The position numbers were made by a program, and so were the translations under genes. A stretch of 63,123 nt of DNA, filler included, from Mycoplasmatota bacterium (GTDB taxonomy: Bacteria; Bacillota_I; Bacilli_A; RF39; UBA660), in NCBI GenBank assembly GCA_012727915.1. It is 12 parts of 12 records of this genome, joined end to end, with 100 filler letters (N's around TTAATTAATTAA, not from the genome) between each part and the next. Parts side by side here need not be neighbours in the genome. Positions count along the whole stretch, not along the records: positions 28,799 to 44,146 come from JAAYGD010000066.1; positions 44,247 to 46,355 come from JAAYGD010000067.1; positions 46,456 to 48,883 come from JAAYGD010000006.1; positions 48,984 to 56,425 come from JAAYGD010000068.1; 8 more parts are not named here. One strand, given 5' to 3'. The number at the start of each line of letters is the position of its first letter. Within the stretch, counting starts at the first letter, position 1. The notes below the pieces were generated by a model. That model worked only from the letters and a program-made list of their open reading frames with translations, did no database searches and was not told the DNA's origin. Below are positions 42,271 to 53,325 of the stretch, one piece after another.

Positions 42271-42320
42271 TTATACTTGCAAATAATTTGTTAATATGTT
42301 AAAATCAAAATCGTGAAAAA

Positions 42321-42348
42321 CACTGATCCGCTCAGAAGAAGATCAATG
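42321..42348 (+). promoter_or_regulatory. Ribosomal protein L19 leader
   Basis: TGATC-CGCT-N8-GATCA stem just before the rplS SD. Confidence 0.6.
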
Positions 42349-42367
42349 TAAAGAAAAGGAGAAACGT

Positions 42368-42706
42368 ATGAATGTAGTTGATTTAGTGTCTAAAAAGCAA
42401 ATAAATCCAAATGTTCCAGAATTTAGAGTAGGTGATACTGTTAAGGTAAACTATACTATAATTGAAGGGGAAAAAGAAAGAATTCAAGCTTTTGAAGGAG
42501 AAGTAATTGCTAAAAAAGGAAGAGCTGCTGAAGAAACTTTTACTGTAAGAAAAATGTCTTATGGTGTTGGAGTAGAAAGAGTGTTTCCTGTTAATTCTCC
42601 AAGAATAGCAAGTCTTGAAGTCGTTAAAAAAGGAAAAGTTAGAAGAGCAAAATTGAACTTTCTTAGAAACAAAAAAGGCGAATATAAAATTAAAGAAAGA
42701 AACTGA
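42368..42706 (+). CDS. rplS: 50S ribosomal protein L19
   Basis: [24 protein letters not shown]. Confidence 0.97.
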   Translation: MNVVDLVSKKQINPNVPEFRVGDTVKVNYTIIEGEKERIQAFEGEVIAKKGRAAEETFTVRKMSYGVGVERVFPVNSPRIASLEVVKKGKVRRAKLNFLRNKKGEYKIKERN

Positions 42707-42736
42707 TAAGGCTAAGCCTTATTTTTTGGTATTTGT

Positions 42737-43234
42737 ATGAAAAAAAATATAAAGAAAGAATTAATAGAATATTTAATTATAATATTAGTAGTTTTATTTA
42801 TAAGATTTTTTATAATTACTCCAATTAAAGTTCAACAAAAATCAATGTTTCCTACATTAAATCCCAATGATATTATGATTTTAGATAAAATTGGTTTAAA
42901 GTTAGGTAATATTGAAAGATTTGATATAGTAGTAATTAAACATGAAAAAGAATATTTAATAAAAAGAGTAATTGGTTTACCAGGAGAAATAATAGAATAT
43001 AAAGAAGGTAAATTATATGTTAATGGTAAGCAAATACCAGAAACATTTATAAGAGTTAATACAGCTGATTTTAAACTTGAAGAAAAAATAAAAGATGATA
43101 ATTATTTTTTAGTAGGAGATAATAGAAATAATTCTACAGATAGTAGAACTTTTGGTTCAATAAATAAAAAAGATATTGTCGGTAAAACTAGTCTAATAGT
43201 ATTTCCATTTAATAGATTTGGATTAATAAATTAA
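42737..43234 (+). CDS. lepB: Signal peptidase I (second paralog)
   Basis: SMFPTL, IKRVIGLPG, GDNRNNSTDSR. Confidence 0.92.
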   Translation: MKKNIKKELIEYLIIILVVLFIRFFIITPIKVQQKSMFPTLNPNDIMILDKIGLKLGNIERFDIVVIKHEKEYLIKRVIGLPGEIIEYKEGKLYVNGKQIPETFIRVNTADFKLEEKIKDDNYFLVGDNRNNSTDSRTFGSINKKDIVGKTSLIVFPFNRFGLIN

Positions 43235-43330
43235 AAATCAATTTAAATTGATTTTTTTTATTATATATTTAATTATTTTTATATTAACAAATATATAAAC
43301 TATGATATAATATTAATAATAGAGGTGTAT

Positions 43331-44146
43331 ATGAATAAAAAAGGATTTACTTTAGTTGAATTGCTAGCGGTAATAATAATTTTAGGAACCATATTAGTTA
43401 TTGCAGTACCAAGATTTACAGGGGTTGCAGATGCATCAAGAAAGAAAACATTAGAAATTTCGGCAAAATCATTTTCTTCTGAATTAAAAAAAGCATATGT
43501 ACAAGATAATTTTGAAATTTCAGAAGCAGGGAAAACTTTTACTATAGAAGGTAATTCATTTTTAGGGGACTCATTAGATGTTACAGGGGAACTTCCTGAT
43601 ACAGGGAAGTTGTATGTAGATCCAGAAGGTAATGTTGCTTTAACTTTAACCAAAGGAAACTATTGTGCAGTAATGACTCTTAATGGTGAAGTAGAGGTTT
43701 TTGAAGATTTATTAATGTGTGAATTAGGGTTTTCTCAAATTACTTTAATAGGAGATAACCCTCTTTATTTGAGACAAAATACTGTTTATGTACCAACTTC
43801 ATATGTAGAACCGGGTTTTGTTGCAATAGATGAATATGGCGGAAATAGACCTGACAAAGTAACAGTAACAAGTGATATAGATATAAATACAGTAGGTACT
43901 TATACAGTTACCTATGTTTTAAAGAGTAATTTGGGGGATACAATAGATACAGAAACAAGAACAGTAATAGTATATGACGGAATACCACCAATGGTAACAA
44001 CAGCAGTAGCAATAAGTATTAATACAACAAATAATAAGTACGCAATAAATGGAAATACAGTAACATTAAATTTAACATTCACTAAGAGTGTAACAGATCC
44101 AACAGTAACAATAGGAGGAAGAACAGCAACAGTAACAGGAAGTGGA
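43331..44146 (+). CDS. Type IV pilin-like protein with Ig-like (DUF5011-type) repeats, 3' truncated
   Basis: G|FTLVELLAV; ITLIGDNP...EPGF.A.D...GTYTVTY. Confidence 0.8.
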
Positions 44147-44246
44147 NNNNNNNNNNNNNNNNNNNNNNNNNNNNNNNNNNNNNNNNNNNNTTAATTAATT
44201 AANNNNNNNNNNNNNNNNNNNNNNNNNNNNNNNNNNNNNNNNNNNN

Positions 44247-44981
44247 ATTTTGTTTTCTCCAGAATTCTTGAGAGAAGGAAGAGCTTTATATGATAATTTA
44301 TATCCTTCAAGAATTATTGTTGGGGAAAAAACAGAAATAGCTAAAACTTTTGCAAGATTACTAAAAGAAGGAGCAATAAAGGAAGATGTTCCAGTATTGT
44401 TAACTACTCCAACTGAAGCAGAAGCAATAAAATTATATTCTAATACTTATTTAGCGATGAGAGTGTCATTCTTTAACGAACTTGATTCTTATGCGGAGTT
44501 AAAAGGTTTAAATACTGAAGATATTATAAAGGGTGTTTCAATGGATCCAAGAATTGGTAATTATTATAACAATCCTTCTTTTGGATATGGTGGTTATTGC
44601 CTTCCTAAAGATACAAAACAATTATTAGCTAATTATAAAGATGTCCCTCAAAAATTAATTACTGCTATAGTAGAATCAAATGAAATTAGAAAAGATCACA
44701 TTGCTGAAATGATAATAAGAAAAGATCCAAAAGTTGTCGGTGTATATAGATTAACAATGAAAGCAGATTCTGACAATTTCAGACAATCCGCAATACAGGG
44801 TATTATGAGTAGATTAAGAGATAGAAATATAGGTGTGGTTTTATATGAACCTCAAATTTACGATTTAACATTTGATGGATATGAAGTTATAAAGGATTTT
44901 TCTCAATTTCTTGATAGTTCCGATGTTATAATTGCAAATAGAATTACTCCTGAGATTGAAAGAGTTAAAAAGAAAAAATAA
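44247..44981 (+). CDS. ugd: UDP-glucose 6-dehydrogenase (5' truncated)
   Basis: [25 protein letters not shown]. Confidence 0.9.
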   Translation: MLFSPEFLREGRALYDNLYPSRIIVGEKTEIAKTFARLLKEGAIKEDVPVLLTTPTEAEAIKLYSNTYLAMRVSFFNELDSYAELKGLNTEDIIKGVSMDPRIGNYYNNPSFGYGGYCLPKDTKQLLANYKDVPQKLITAIVESNEIRKDHIAEMIIRKDPKVVGVYRLTMKADSDNFRQSAIQGIMSRLRDRNIGVVLYEPQIYDLTFDGYEVIKDFSQFLDSSDVIIANRITPEIERVKKKK

Positions 44982-45052
44982 CATATAGAAATATATGTTT
45001 TTTTTATATTAATTTTATGTTTTTATGTTAAAATATATAATAGAGTCTAGAG

Positions 45053-46114
45053 GTGATATGGATGAAATATATGATAAATGGTTATAGTATATATGTAATT
45101 ATCTTATTAACATTTATTATAAGCGCTATATTGATTCCTATTGTTAAAAGAATAGCTTTTCATGTCAATGCTATTGATTATCCAAATGAAAGAAAAGTAC
45201 ATACTAAACCTATGCCCAGAATGGGTGGACTTGCTATTTTTCTTGCTTTTTTATCTGGGTATATTTTGTTTGCACAAGAATATAAGGAAATGTTAGGAAT
45301 ATTAATGGGGGGTATAGTTTTAATACTTGTGGGTATATTTGATGATATTAAACCAATACCTGCTAAGTATAAATTAATTGGACAAATAATTGCTGCTTCA
45401 ATTGCAGTTTTTTATGGAAATGTAATTTTAAGTGAAATCTCTGCATTTGGTTTATATATTGATTTTGGATGGTTTTCTCCTTATGTAACGGTTGTTTTTA
45501 TAATTTCAATAATTAATGCTATTAATTTGATAGATGGGTTGGATGGTTTGTCTGGGGGATTAACTGCTATTTATTTTACTACTATTATTACTATTGCTAT
45601 TTTAATGAATAAGTATTCTGGATTAGATATGATGATTTGTTTGTTAATGTTAGGTTCTATATTAGGATATTTACCATATAATTTTCATCCTGCTAAGATA
45701 TTTATGGGAGATACTGGAAGTATGTTCATTGGATATATGATTGCAATTGTTGCTTTATTGGGATTTAAAAACGTTACTTTGACTTCATTTATAACTCCAT
45801 TATTAATTTTAGCAATTCCTATATTAGATACTATTTTAGCTATTATTAGAAGGATTATTGCGGGTAAACCAATTGGAGAAGCTGATAAAGATCATATTCA
45901 TCATCAATTTCTTAAAATGAAATTAAGTACAAGAAAAACAGTTTTAATAATATATGTAATTAATATTGCTTTCTCAGCTGTTTCTGTATTTTATGTAACT
46001 GGTAATAATGAACAAGCTATTATTATATATAGTATTTTATTAGTTTTACTTATAATATTTGTTTTAAAAACTAATATATTATTTGATCATAGTAAGAGAA
46101 ATGGAACTAAGTAA
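45053..46114 (+). CDS. tagO: Undecaprenyl-phosphate GlcNAc-1-P transferase (TagO/WecA)
   Basis: RKVH, DD, NLIDGLDGL, FMGDTGS, DKDHIHH. Confidence 0.88.
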   Translation: MIWMKYMINGYSIYVIILLTFIISAILIPIVKRIAFHVNAIDYPNERKVHTKPMPRMGGLAIFLAFLSGYILFAQEYKEMLGILMGGIVLILVGIFDDIKPIPAKYKLIGQIIAASIAVFYGNVILSEISAFGLYIDFGWFSPYVTVVFIISIINAINLIDGLDGLSGGLTAIYFTTIITIAILMNKYSGLDMMICLLMLGSILGYLPYNFHPAKIFMGDTGSMFIGYMIAIVALLGFKNVTLTSFITPLLILAIPILDTILAIIRRIIAGKPIGEADKDHIHHQFLKMKLSTRKTVLIIYVINIAFSAVSVFYVTGNNEQAIIIYSILLVLLIIFVLKTNILFDHSKRNGTK

Positions 46115-46156
46115 TTAGTTCTTTTTATATGTTATAATTTAGTTATGAGGTAAATA

Positions 46157-46355
46157 ATGAAGAGAAAGCTATATATGGATGTAATTAGAATAGTAGCAAT
46201 TTTTGCAGTAGTATTATTACATGTTGCAGCAGATAATTTTTATGTATTTAAATATACTAGTTTTGAATGGCAAGTATTAAATGTTTATGATTCATTAGTT
46301 AGATTTTGTGTACCATTATTTTTTATGATTAGTGGAGTACTTTTTTTAAGAGATG
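46157..46355 (+). CDS. Acyltransferase-3 family membrane protein (3' truncated)
   Basis: DVIRIVAIFAVVLLH and VPLFFMISG. Confidence 0.8.
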
Positions 46356-46455
46356 NNNNNNNNNNNNNNNNNNNNNNNNNNNNNNNNNNNNNNNNNNNNT
46401 TAATTAATTAANNNNNNNNNNNNNNNNNNNNNNNNNNNNNNNNNNNNNNNNNNNN

Positions 46456-47703
46456 ATGAAGAAATTATTTAAAAAGTCATCTTTATTTTTTACACTTTTA
46501 TTAGCAACAGTTTTTTTAACTACTAATGTTTATGCTTGGTATACTCCTAATAAAACATCATTTGCTTTGGGTGGAGTGTATGATGATGGATTGGATACGA
46601 CTGCAGATGCAAATAATGCTCATAGTGCTTACTCTACGATGGGTTTAAGTTATACAAAAAAATTAAATAACACTAATAAAACTGCAGTTATGGGAAGCCA
46701 TGGCAATGGAACAAGTTACTTAAATAGTGGTATAGTATTTATGAGTGGACATGGTAATAGTTCTTTAATGTCTTTTATGAACAATGGAACAAATAAGTTT
46801 TATATTCAAGGCAATACAAATACTACGGGAAGCTATATAGGTATTGGTAATTATATTAATTCTTCAAATGCATTAGTTGTTTTAGGCGGATGTAAGACTG
46901 CAGAAGGAAACTCTAATATTTCTAAATATGTTGTTGATCAAGGCGCAAAATCTTCTATTGGTTGGACAACAACAATTAATAATGCTGGTTCACATACTAA
47001 TTGGTTAAAAAGATTTAATAACAAAATTAAAGATAAGTCTACAACTGTTAGTGCAGCAAAATCTTCTGCAGATGGGCATATTTACTTGGACAATACAGTT
47101 AAAAATGGAAAAATTTATGGATTTGGAAATTATAATCCATGGTATTTTATGAATGGTGGTAGTTATTCTAAGTCTTCATCAGATGAAAACTATTATAATT
47201 CTATTTTTAATTTAAATGAAAATGAATATTTAGTAACAACTAAAATTGATTCTAAAAATATAGAAAAAATAATAGTTGATTTTATTACAAAAGAATTAGA
47301 TAAAGATTTTAATATTCAAGATTATAAATTAGAAATTAATGGTAATGATACTATTTATTATGATTATGTATTATATATTAATGATGTTAGAACTTCATTT
47401 GGATATACTGTTGCTTTAATTGATAATAGTATCGTTAAACTTTATGATAATATGGATAGTAAGTCTGCTGCTGAAATTAAAAGAGCAGTTAAGGAGATTT
47501 ATCCTGAAAGCAAAAAAATAGAGAGTATTTCTTTAAAGATTGATGAAAAAATAAATAGTAAATATAAAAATGAAAAAATCAGCAAATATATGATTACGCC
47601 ATATTATGATGTTGAAACTAATAAAATATTTGTTGTTGGAATGTATAGTGTTGAATTTTCAGATGGAACATTTGGAAGTGCTTCCTATAGTGAAGAAGTG
47701 TAA
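46456..47703 (+). CDS. Secreted protein with caspase/gingipain-like His-Cys dyad (DUF6345-like)
   Basis: Signal peptide ending VYA; VFMSGHG and LVVLGGCKT. Confidence 0.55.
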   Translation: MKKLFKKSSLFFTLLLATVFLTTNVYAWYTPNKTSFALGGVYDDGLDTTADANNAHSAYSTMGLSYTKKLNNTNKTAVMGSHGNGTSYLNSGIVFMSGHGNSSLMSFMNNGTNKFYIQGNTNTTGSYIGIGNYINSSNALVVLGGCKTAEGNSNISKYVVDQGAKSSIGWTTTINNAGSHTNWLKRFNNKIKDKSTTVSAAKSSADGHIYLDNTVKNGKIYGFGNYNPWYFMNGGSYSKSSSDENYYNSIFNLNENEYLVTTKIDSKNIEKIIVDFITKELDKDFNIQDYKLEINGNDTIYYDYVLYINDVRTSFGYTVALIDNSIVKLYDNMDSKSAAEIKRAVKEIYPESKKIESISLKIDEKINSKYKNEKISKYMITPYYDVETNKIFVVGMYSVEFSDGTFGSASYSEEV

Positions 47704-48029
47704 TATTTTTTAATATTAATTAGAATTATTAAGACTCATATTTGAGTCTTTTTTTAGTTGTAAAAAATAATCTATTTGAATATATTAGATTACAAATTTT
47801 TGTCTTTTTTTATCTTGTAACTTTGAGTATCATATAATGATATTGTGAAAAAAGAGTGAAATGAAATTGTTAATGTTGAATCTAATAATATAGGAACAAA
47901 ATTTATTATTAAATAGTTTAGATTTATAGTTCGGAAAATTTCATCTTTTACGAACATCGTAAAATAGTAATATTACGAACTCTTTTAAAGCTTAATAATT
48001 ACTATTTGATGATATAATAAATATATATA

Positions 48030-48060
48030 TTGACTCTCCTCTTAGGGGATACTGTATAAA
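48030..48060 (+). promoter_or_regulatory. MerR-type promoter with 19-bp spacer and dyad
   Basis: TTGACT-ctcctcttaggggatactg-TATAAA. Confidence 0.75.
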
Positions 48061-48079
48061 TAATTTAGGAGGCGATATT

Positions 48080-48883
48080 ATGTTAAGAATAGGAGATTTT
48101 TCTAAATTATCTAAAGTAACTATTAAGGCATTGAGGTATTATGAAAAAGAAGGATTATTGATTCCAAAACATGTTGATGTTTTTAATGGATATAGATATT
48201 ATGAGAGTAATCAATTATTAGATGTAGCAAGGATTATTTCTTTAAAACAAATTGGATTATCAATAGATGAAATAAAGAAAATAATAATAGATAATGAATC
48301 ACTAGAAAAAATTCTTAAGTCAAGGAAAAAAGAATTAGAAAAAACTATTTTTAAATATAGTAATCAGCTTTCAAGACTAAATTATTTATTGGAGGAGAAA
48401 GATATGAAAGAAGAAATATTTGAAAAAATAGTACCTGCTTATTATGTATATTACAAAGAAGGGGTATTAAAAGATTATAGTGAAGCTTCTATGTTTATTT
48501 TAGAATCAGGACAAGAATGTATGGAGTTGAATCCAAACATTAAATGCATTGAACCAGATTATTGTTATGTTAATTATTTAGATGGAGAATATAAAGATAA
48601 GAATATCAAAATAAGATATTCTCAGGCAGTTATCAAAGCGGACAAACCATTTAATGAAAATAATAATATTAAATTTATGGATATTCCAGAAACAAAATGT
48701 ATATGTATTTATCATAAAGGATCATACGATACATTAGGAAAATCATATGCAAAAATTATGAAATATATAGAAGATAATAAATTAGAAATTAAAGATTATC
48801 CAAGAGAATGTTATATTGATGGAATTTGGAATAAGGATAATGTAGAAGAATGGTTAACTGAAATACAAGTACCTATTAAATAG
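48080..48883 (+). CDS. MerR-family regulator with GyrI-like effector domain (BmrR-like)
   Basis: IGDFSKL..VTIKALRYYE, GYRYY, HKGSY, TEIQVP. Confidence 0.92.
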   Translation: MLRIGDFSKLSKVTIKALRYYEKEGLLIPKHVDVFNGYRYYESNQLLDVARIISLKQIGLSIDEIKKIIIDNESLEKILKSRKKELEKTIFKYSNQLSRLNYLLEEKDMKEEIFEKIVPAYYVYYKEGVLKDYSEASMFILESGQECMELNPNIKCIEPDYCYVNYLDGEYKDKNIKIRYSQAVIKADKPFNENNNIKFMDIPETKCICIYHKGSYDTLGKSYAKIMKYIEDNKLEIKDYPRECYIDGIWNKDNVEEWLTEIQVPIK

Positions 48884-48983
48884 NNNNNNNNNNNNNNNNN
48901 NNNNNNNNNNNNNNNNNNNNNNNNNNNTTAATTAATTAANNNNNNNNNNNNNNNNNNNNNNNNNNNNNNNNNNNNNNNNNNNN

Positions 48984-49588
48984 ATTTCAGTCATTTCATG
49001 AGTAAAAAACACTCCATTATTTCTAGTATAGTCATATGCTACAAACATTATTAATACAACTAATACCATCAATACTAAATTTGCAAACATACTTTTAGTA
49101 GGTGTATTTTTATTTTTAACAACAACTTCTTTATATATAACTTTTTCATGTTGTGGTTGTTCTTCTAACTTATTAAGTAATATTCCACAAGATAAACATA
49201 TATAAGCATCTTTATCAACTACATTACCACAGTTAGGACAAGTAGCTTGTCTTTCTTTTGGTATTGGAGGTTCTTCTTTTGTTTCAACTTTTTGAACACT
49301 AGGAATTACCTCATCATGTTGATATTCTTCTGGTATATATTTTTCCAATACAACTTGTTTTTGTTTTTTTTCTTTGTAAAAGAAATAATCAAATACTTTT
49401 AATAAAACAAAAATTCCAAAAGATATTATTGCTATAATTAAATATGTATTTATATTACCTCTTAATTTATCATCTAAGTTTTCCCAATTATTTTTATATT
49501 TAAAGAATGCATAAATATATAGAATCAAAGACCCTATAAGTATAGATTGAAAAATAATTGTAACCCATTTAATAATTTTTCTTACCAT
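48984..49588 (-). CDS. Membrane protein with zinc ribbon (3' truncated)
   Basis: TM helices and CPNCG...CLSCG. Confidence 0.7.
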
Positions 49589-49633
49589 AATTCCCCTCTT
49601 TGGTCGAATATTATACACATTAAATATAATTTG

Positions 49634-50242
49634 TCAACTTTTGTCTATAATATCTTTCACAGGTTTGAAACTTTTTCTATACAAATTCATTATACCATAA
49701 TTATTTATAATTTCTATATGTTTTTTTGTAGGATATCCTTTATTGCTTTTATAATCATAAATAGGATATTCCTTATCTAACTTATACATTATATTATCTC
49801 TTGTAACCTTTGCTATTATTGATGCTGCAGCAATAGATTTTGATTTAGAATCCCCTTTAATAATAGAAGTACTTGGTATATCAAGTTTTAATTTAACTGC
49901 GTCTATTAATATATGTTCTATCTTGGTTTTTTTTAAACATTTATTAATTGCAATAAGCATGGATTCCTTAGTAGCTTCTAATATATTAATTTCATCTATT
50001 CTATTATTATCTACTATACCGATTCCAATTCCTAATGCATCTTTTTTTATTATTTTATAAAATTCATTTCTTTTTTTTCCGCATAATTTTTTAGAATCAT
50101 TTAATCCTTCTAATTCATAGTTAATTGGTAATACTACACATGCACTTACTACTGGACCCACTAAAGGACCCCTTCCAACTTCATCTATACCCGCGATTAA
50201 AAATATATTATTATTGTTTAATTCTTTTTCATATTGATCCAT
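49634..50242 (-). CDS. rnhB: Ribonuclease HII
   Basis: GIDEVGRG, DSKKL, AASIIAKVTRD. Confidence 0.95.
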   Translation of the reverse strand: MDQYEKELNNNNIFLIAGIDEVGRGPLVGPVVSACVVLPINYELEGLNDSKKLCGKKRNEFYKIIKKDALGIGIGIVDNNRIDEINILEATKESMLIAINKCLKKTKIEHILIDAVKLKLDIPSTSIIKGDSKSKSIAAASIIAKVTRDNIMYKLDKEYPIYDYKSNKGYPTKKHIEIINNYGIMNLYRKSFKPVKDIIDKS

Positions 50243-50318
50243 TTTATCACCAGAATAATTATATCAACATATTAAATATTAGTAAATTTAAATATGTTAT
50301 AATTTATATGGTGATATT

Positions 50319-50873
50319 ATGTTATCAATTAAAAGTAAGTCTAATACAATTATAATTAAAAAATCTAAATTTATAGTTAATACTTATTGTGTTTTTAATG
50401 AATTGGATGCTTTATCTATAATTAATGATACTAAACTAAAATATAAAGACGCTAATCATAATTGTTATGCTTATATAATTGATAATATTAAAAGATTTAA
50501 TGATGATGGAGAACCCAGTGGTACAGCAGGTATTCCAATTCTTGATATATTAGAAAAAAACAATTTAAATTATTCTTTAGTAATTATTACAAGATACTTT
50601 GGTGGAATTAAGTTGGGTGCAAACGGTTTAATTAGAGCTTATTCAAAGTGTACAAAAGAAACTCTAGATATAATTGAATTAATTAAAGGTAAAACTATTG
50701 AAATAGAATTTGATTATAAAGATGAGAAATATATAAATAATATTATAAAAAAAGAAGATATTATTGAATCTTCTTATAAAGAAAAAGTAAAGTATATTGC
50801 TAATGTTAAAGATATAGATTTAGATAAATTAAACAATTATAAAATAATTAAAGATATATTTATAAAAGTTTAA
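50319..50873 (+). CDS. YigZ/IMPACT family protein
   Basis: DDGEPSGTAG and RYFGGIKLG. Confidence 0.92.
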   Translation: MLSIKSKSNTIIIKKSKFIVNTYCVFNELDALSIINDTKLKYKDANHNCYAYIIDNIKRFNDDGEPSGTAGIPILDILEKNNLNYSLVIITRYFGGIKLGANGLIRAYSKCTKETLDIIELIKGKTIEIEFDYKDEKYINNIIKKEDIIESSYKEKVKYIANVKDIDLDKLNNYKIIKDIFIKV

Positions 50874-51742
50874 TCTATTTTGCTTCTTGGATGAAAATCA
50901 TCATAATTTTTTCTAATTAAATCAGTTCTAACGTGTGTATATATTTGAGTAGTAGATATATTTTCATGACCTAATAGTTCTTGAATAATTCTTAAGTCAG
51001 CTCCATTTTCTAATATATGAGTTGCAAAACTATGTCTAAGCATATGGGGATGAATCTTTTTCTTTATATTTTTTTCTAATGCTATTTTTTTTATTATTTT
51101 AAAAAAACCTTGTCTAGTCATATTTTTACCATGATTATTTAAAAACAATGAATCAGTAAGATATCCTTTAAGCATCCCATTTCTATATAACTCAACATAT
51201 TCCTTAACTAAATTTAAAGCATAATCAACTATTGGAATAATTCTTTCTTTATTACCTTTCCCAAAACATCTAACTGTAGCATTTTCAAAATCAATATCAT
51301 TAATATTTAAATTAACTAATTCAGATACTCTAAGTCCTGTTGCATACATTAATTCTAACATCGTTTTATTTCTAAAACTAAAAGCATCAGTTACTTCAAT
51401 ATTTAATAAATTATCGACTTCTTCTTTGCTTAATACTTCTGGCAATCTAATTGATTGTTTCGGTCTTATTATAGATTCACTAGGATCATTATAATCATAC
51501 ATTCTAGAAATATATTTGTGATATGACTTTATACTTACTATATTTCTTGATATTGTTGAACTTTTAACTTTATTGTTATTTAAATATTCTATATATTTTT
51601 CAATATCTATTTTTGTAATATTTTCTTTGTTTATATAACATAAGTATTTATCTATATCATTTTTATAAGAATAACAAGTATTTTTTGATAAACCTTTTTC
51701 TATTAAAATATAATTTATATACTCATCTAAATACTTATTCAT
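50870..51742 (-). CDS. xerD: Tyrosine recombinase XerD
   Basis: YATGLRVSE, GKGNKER, HMLRHSFATH, LGH, TTQIY. Confidence 0.88.
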   Translation of the reverse strand: MNKYLDEYINYILIEKGLSKNTCYSYKNDIDKYLCYINKENITKIDIEKYIEYLNNNKVKSSTISRNIVSIKSYHKYISRMYDYNDPSESIIRPKQSIRLPEVLSKEEVDNLLNIEVTDAFSFRNKTMLELMYATGLRVSELVNLNINDIDFENATVRCFGKGNKERIIPIVDYALNLVKEYVELYRNGMLKGYLTDSLFLNNHGKNMTRQGFFKIIKKIALEKNIKKKIHPHMLRHSFATHILENGADLRIIQELLGHENISTTQIYTHVRTDLIRKNYDDFHPRSKID

Positions 51743-51807
51743 ATAATCACCTATTTAAATTATAGCACTTATCATTTACTTATAGTATAATTATATTGGT
51801 GATAAAT

Positions 51808-53022
51808 ATGAATGAACCTTTAGCATATAAATTAAGACCAACATCTATTAATAATGTTATTGGGCAAAAACATTTAGTTAGTAAAGATAAAGTTATATAT
51901 AATATGGTAAAAAATAAAAAAATATTTTCCATGATTTTATATGGTAAACCTGGTATTGGTAAAACATCTATTGCAAACGCAATAATTACTGAATTAAATC
52001 AAAAAACTAGATTTTTAAATGCTGTAATTAATAATAAAAAAGATTTTGATATAGTAGTAGAAGAAGCTAAAATGTATAAAGGAATTATACTTGTAATGGA
52101 TGAAATACATAGAATGAATAAAGATAAACAAGATTTATTGCTGCCTTATATAGAAAGTGGATTAGTAACTATAATAGGGTTAACTGCATCAAATCCATAT
52201 CACACTATTAATCCCGCAATAAGAAGTAGATGTCAATTGTTTGAACTTAAAGAATTAACAGATGATGATATTAAAGAAGGTATTAAGAAAGCATGCAAAA
52301 GTGAATATTTAGAAGGTATTAGTATTGATAAAACATCAATAGATTATATAGTAAAATTATCTGGTGGTGATTTAAGATATGCATATAATATTCTTGAATT
52401 AGCGTATTATGGTACTAAAGATAAAGTAATAAATATTGATATATTAAAATCTATTAATAATAAACCAGTATTTTTACATGATAAAAACCAAGATGGTTAT
52501 TATGATGTTTTAAGTGCTTTTCAAAAAAGTATTAGAGGATCTGATGTGGATGCATCATTACACTATTTAGCAAGATTAATTGAAGGTGGAGATTTTGATT
52601 CAATATATAGAAGAATGTCTGCTTTAGTATATGAAGATATAGGGCTTGCAAATCCAAGTATGGGGCCTAAAGTAATGGCTTGTATTAATGCCTGTGAAAG
52701 ATTAGGAATGCCAGAATTAATATTACCATTAGGTTTAACTGTTATTGAGTTAGCACTATCTCCTAAATCAAATAGCGCTTATCTTGCAATAAATAGTGCT
52801 TTAAAAGATATAGAAGAAGGTAATATTGGAGAAATTCCTAAACATATAAATAGTAGTGCATTTGGATATAAATATCCACACGACTATCCGGATGCTTTTG
52901 TAGAGCAAGATTATTTGCCAGATAAATTAAAAGATAATAAATATTACATTCCTAAAACAAATAGCAAATATGAACAAGCTTTAAAACAAATGTATGATAA
53001 ATATAAAAAAAATAGTAATTAA
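51808..53022 (+). CDS. rarA: Replication-associated recombination protein A
   Basis: GKPGIGKT, DEIHR, QKSIRGSD, YKYPHDY. Confidence 0.93.
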   Translation: MNEPLAYKLRPTSINNVIGQKHLVSKDKVIYNMVKNKKIFSMILYGKPGIGKTSIANAIITELNQKTRFLNAVINNKKDFDIVVEEAKMYKGIILVMDEIHRMNKDKQDLLLPYIESGLVTIIGLTASNPYHTINPAIRSRCQLFELKELTDDDIKEGIKKACKSEYLEGISIDKTSIDYIVKLSGGDLRYAYNILELAYYGTKDKVINIDILKSINNKPVFLHDKNQDGYYDVLSAFQKSIRGSDVDASLHYLARLIEGGDFDSIYRRMSALVYEDIGLANPSMGPKVMACINACERLGMPELILPLGLTVIELALSPKSNSAYLAINSALKDIEEGNIGEIPKHINSSAFGYKYPHDYPDAFVEQDYLPDKLKDNKYYIPKTNSKYEQALKQMYDKYKKNSN

Positions 53023-53032
53023 ATTACTATTT

Positions 53033-53263
53033 TTAATAAATAATTATTAAATTATTAAATATATAAAATATCATTGGTAAAATTACTAATAAAACAAATA
53101 AAATTAAAGAAACAATAAAAAAACCTATAAATATATTTAATCCACTTAATAAAGCTTTTGCTTTATCAGTATTTTTATTATCTTCCATCAAATATAAAAA
53201 CAAAGCAATTTGAGGGAACAAAACAGATAACCAAATAATTAATCCATATTTATTTTTTTTCAC
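53033..53263 (-). CDS. Small two-TM membrane protein
   Basis: GGGAG SD, GTG start, hydrophobic sequence. Confidence 0.6.
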   Translation of the reverse strand: MKKNKYGLIIWLSVLFPQIALFLYLMEDNKNTDKAKALLSGLNIFIGFFIVSLILFVLLVILPMIFYIFNNLIIIY

Positions 53264-53325
53264 TTAATACTCTCCCTTCTATATTATATTAATATTATAA
53301 AAAAGAAGTCTAAAAAAAACAATAT

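Noticed and set aside
42368..42709. Mollicute-style TGA=Trp recoding
   Set aside because: Long genes are intact under code 11 with TGG for Trp, and TGA terminates genes such as rimM and rplS
50870..51742. Tyrosine recombinase as a prophage/ICE integrase
   Set aside because: XerD-like length and motifs, housekeeping neighbours, and no att sites or mobile genes
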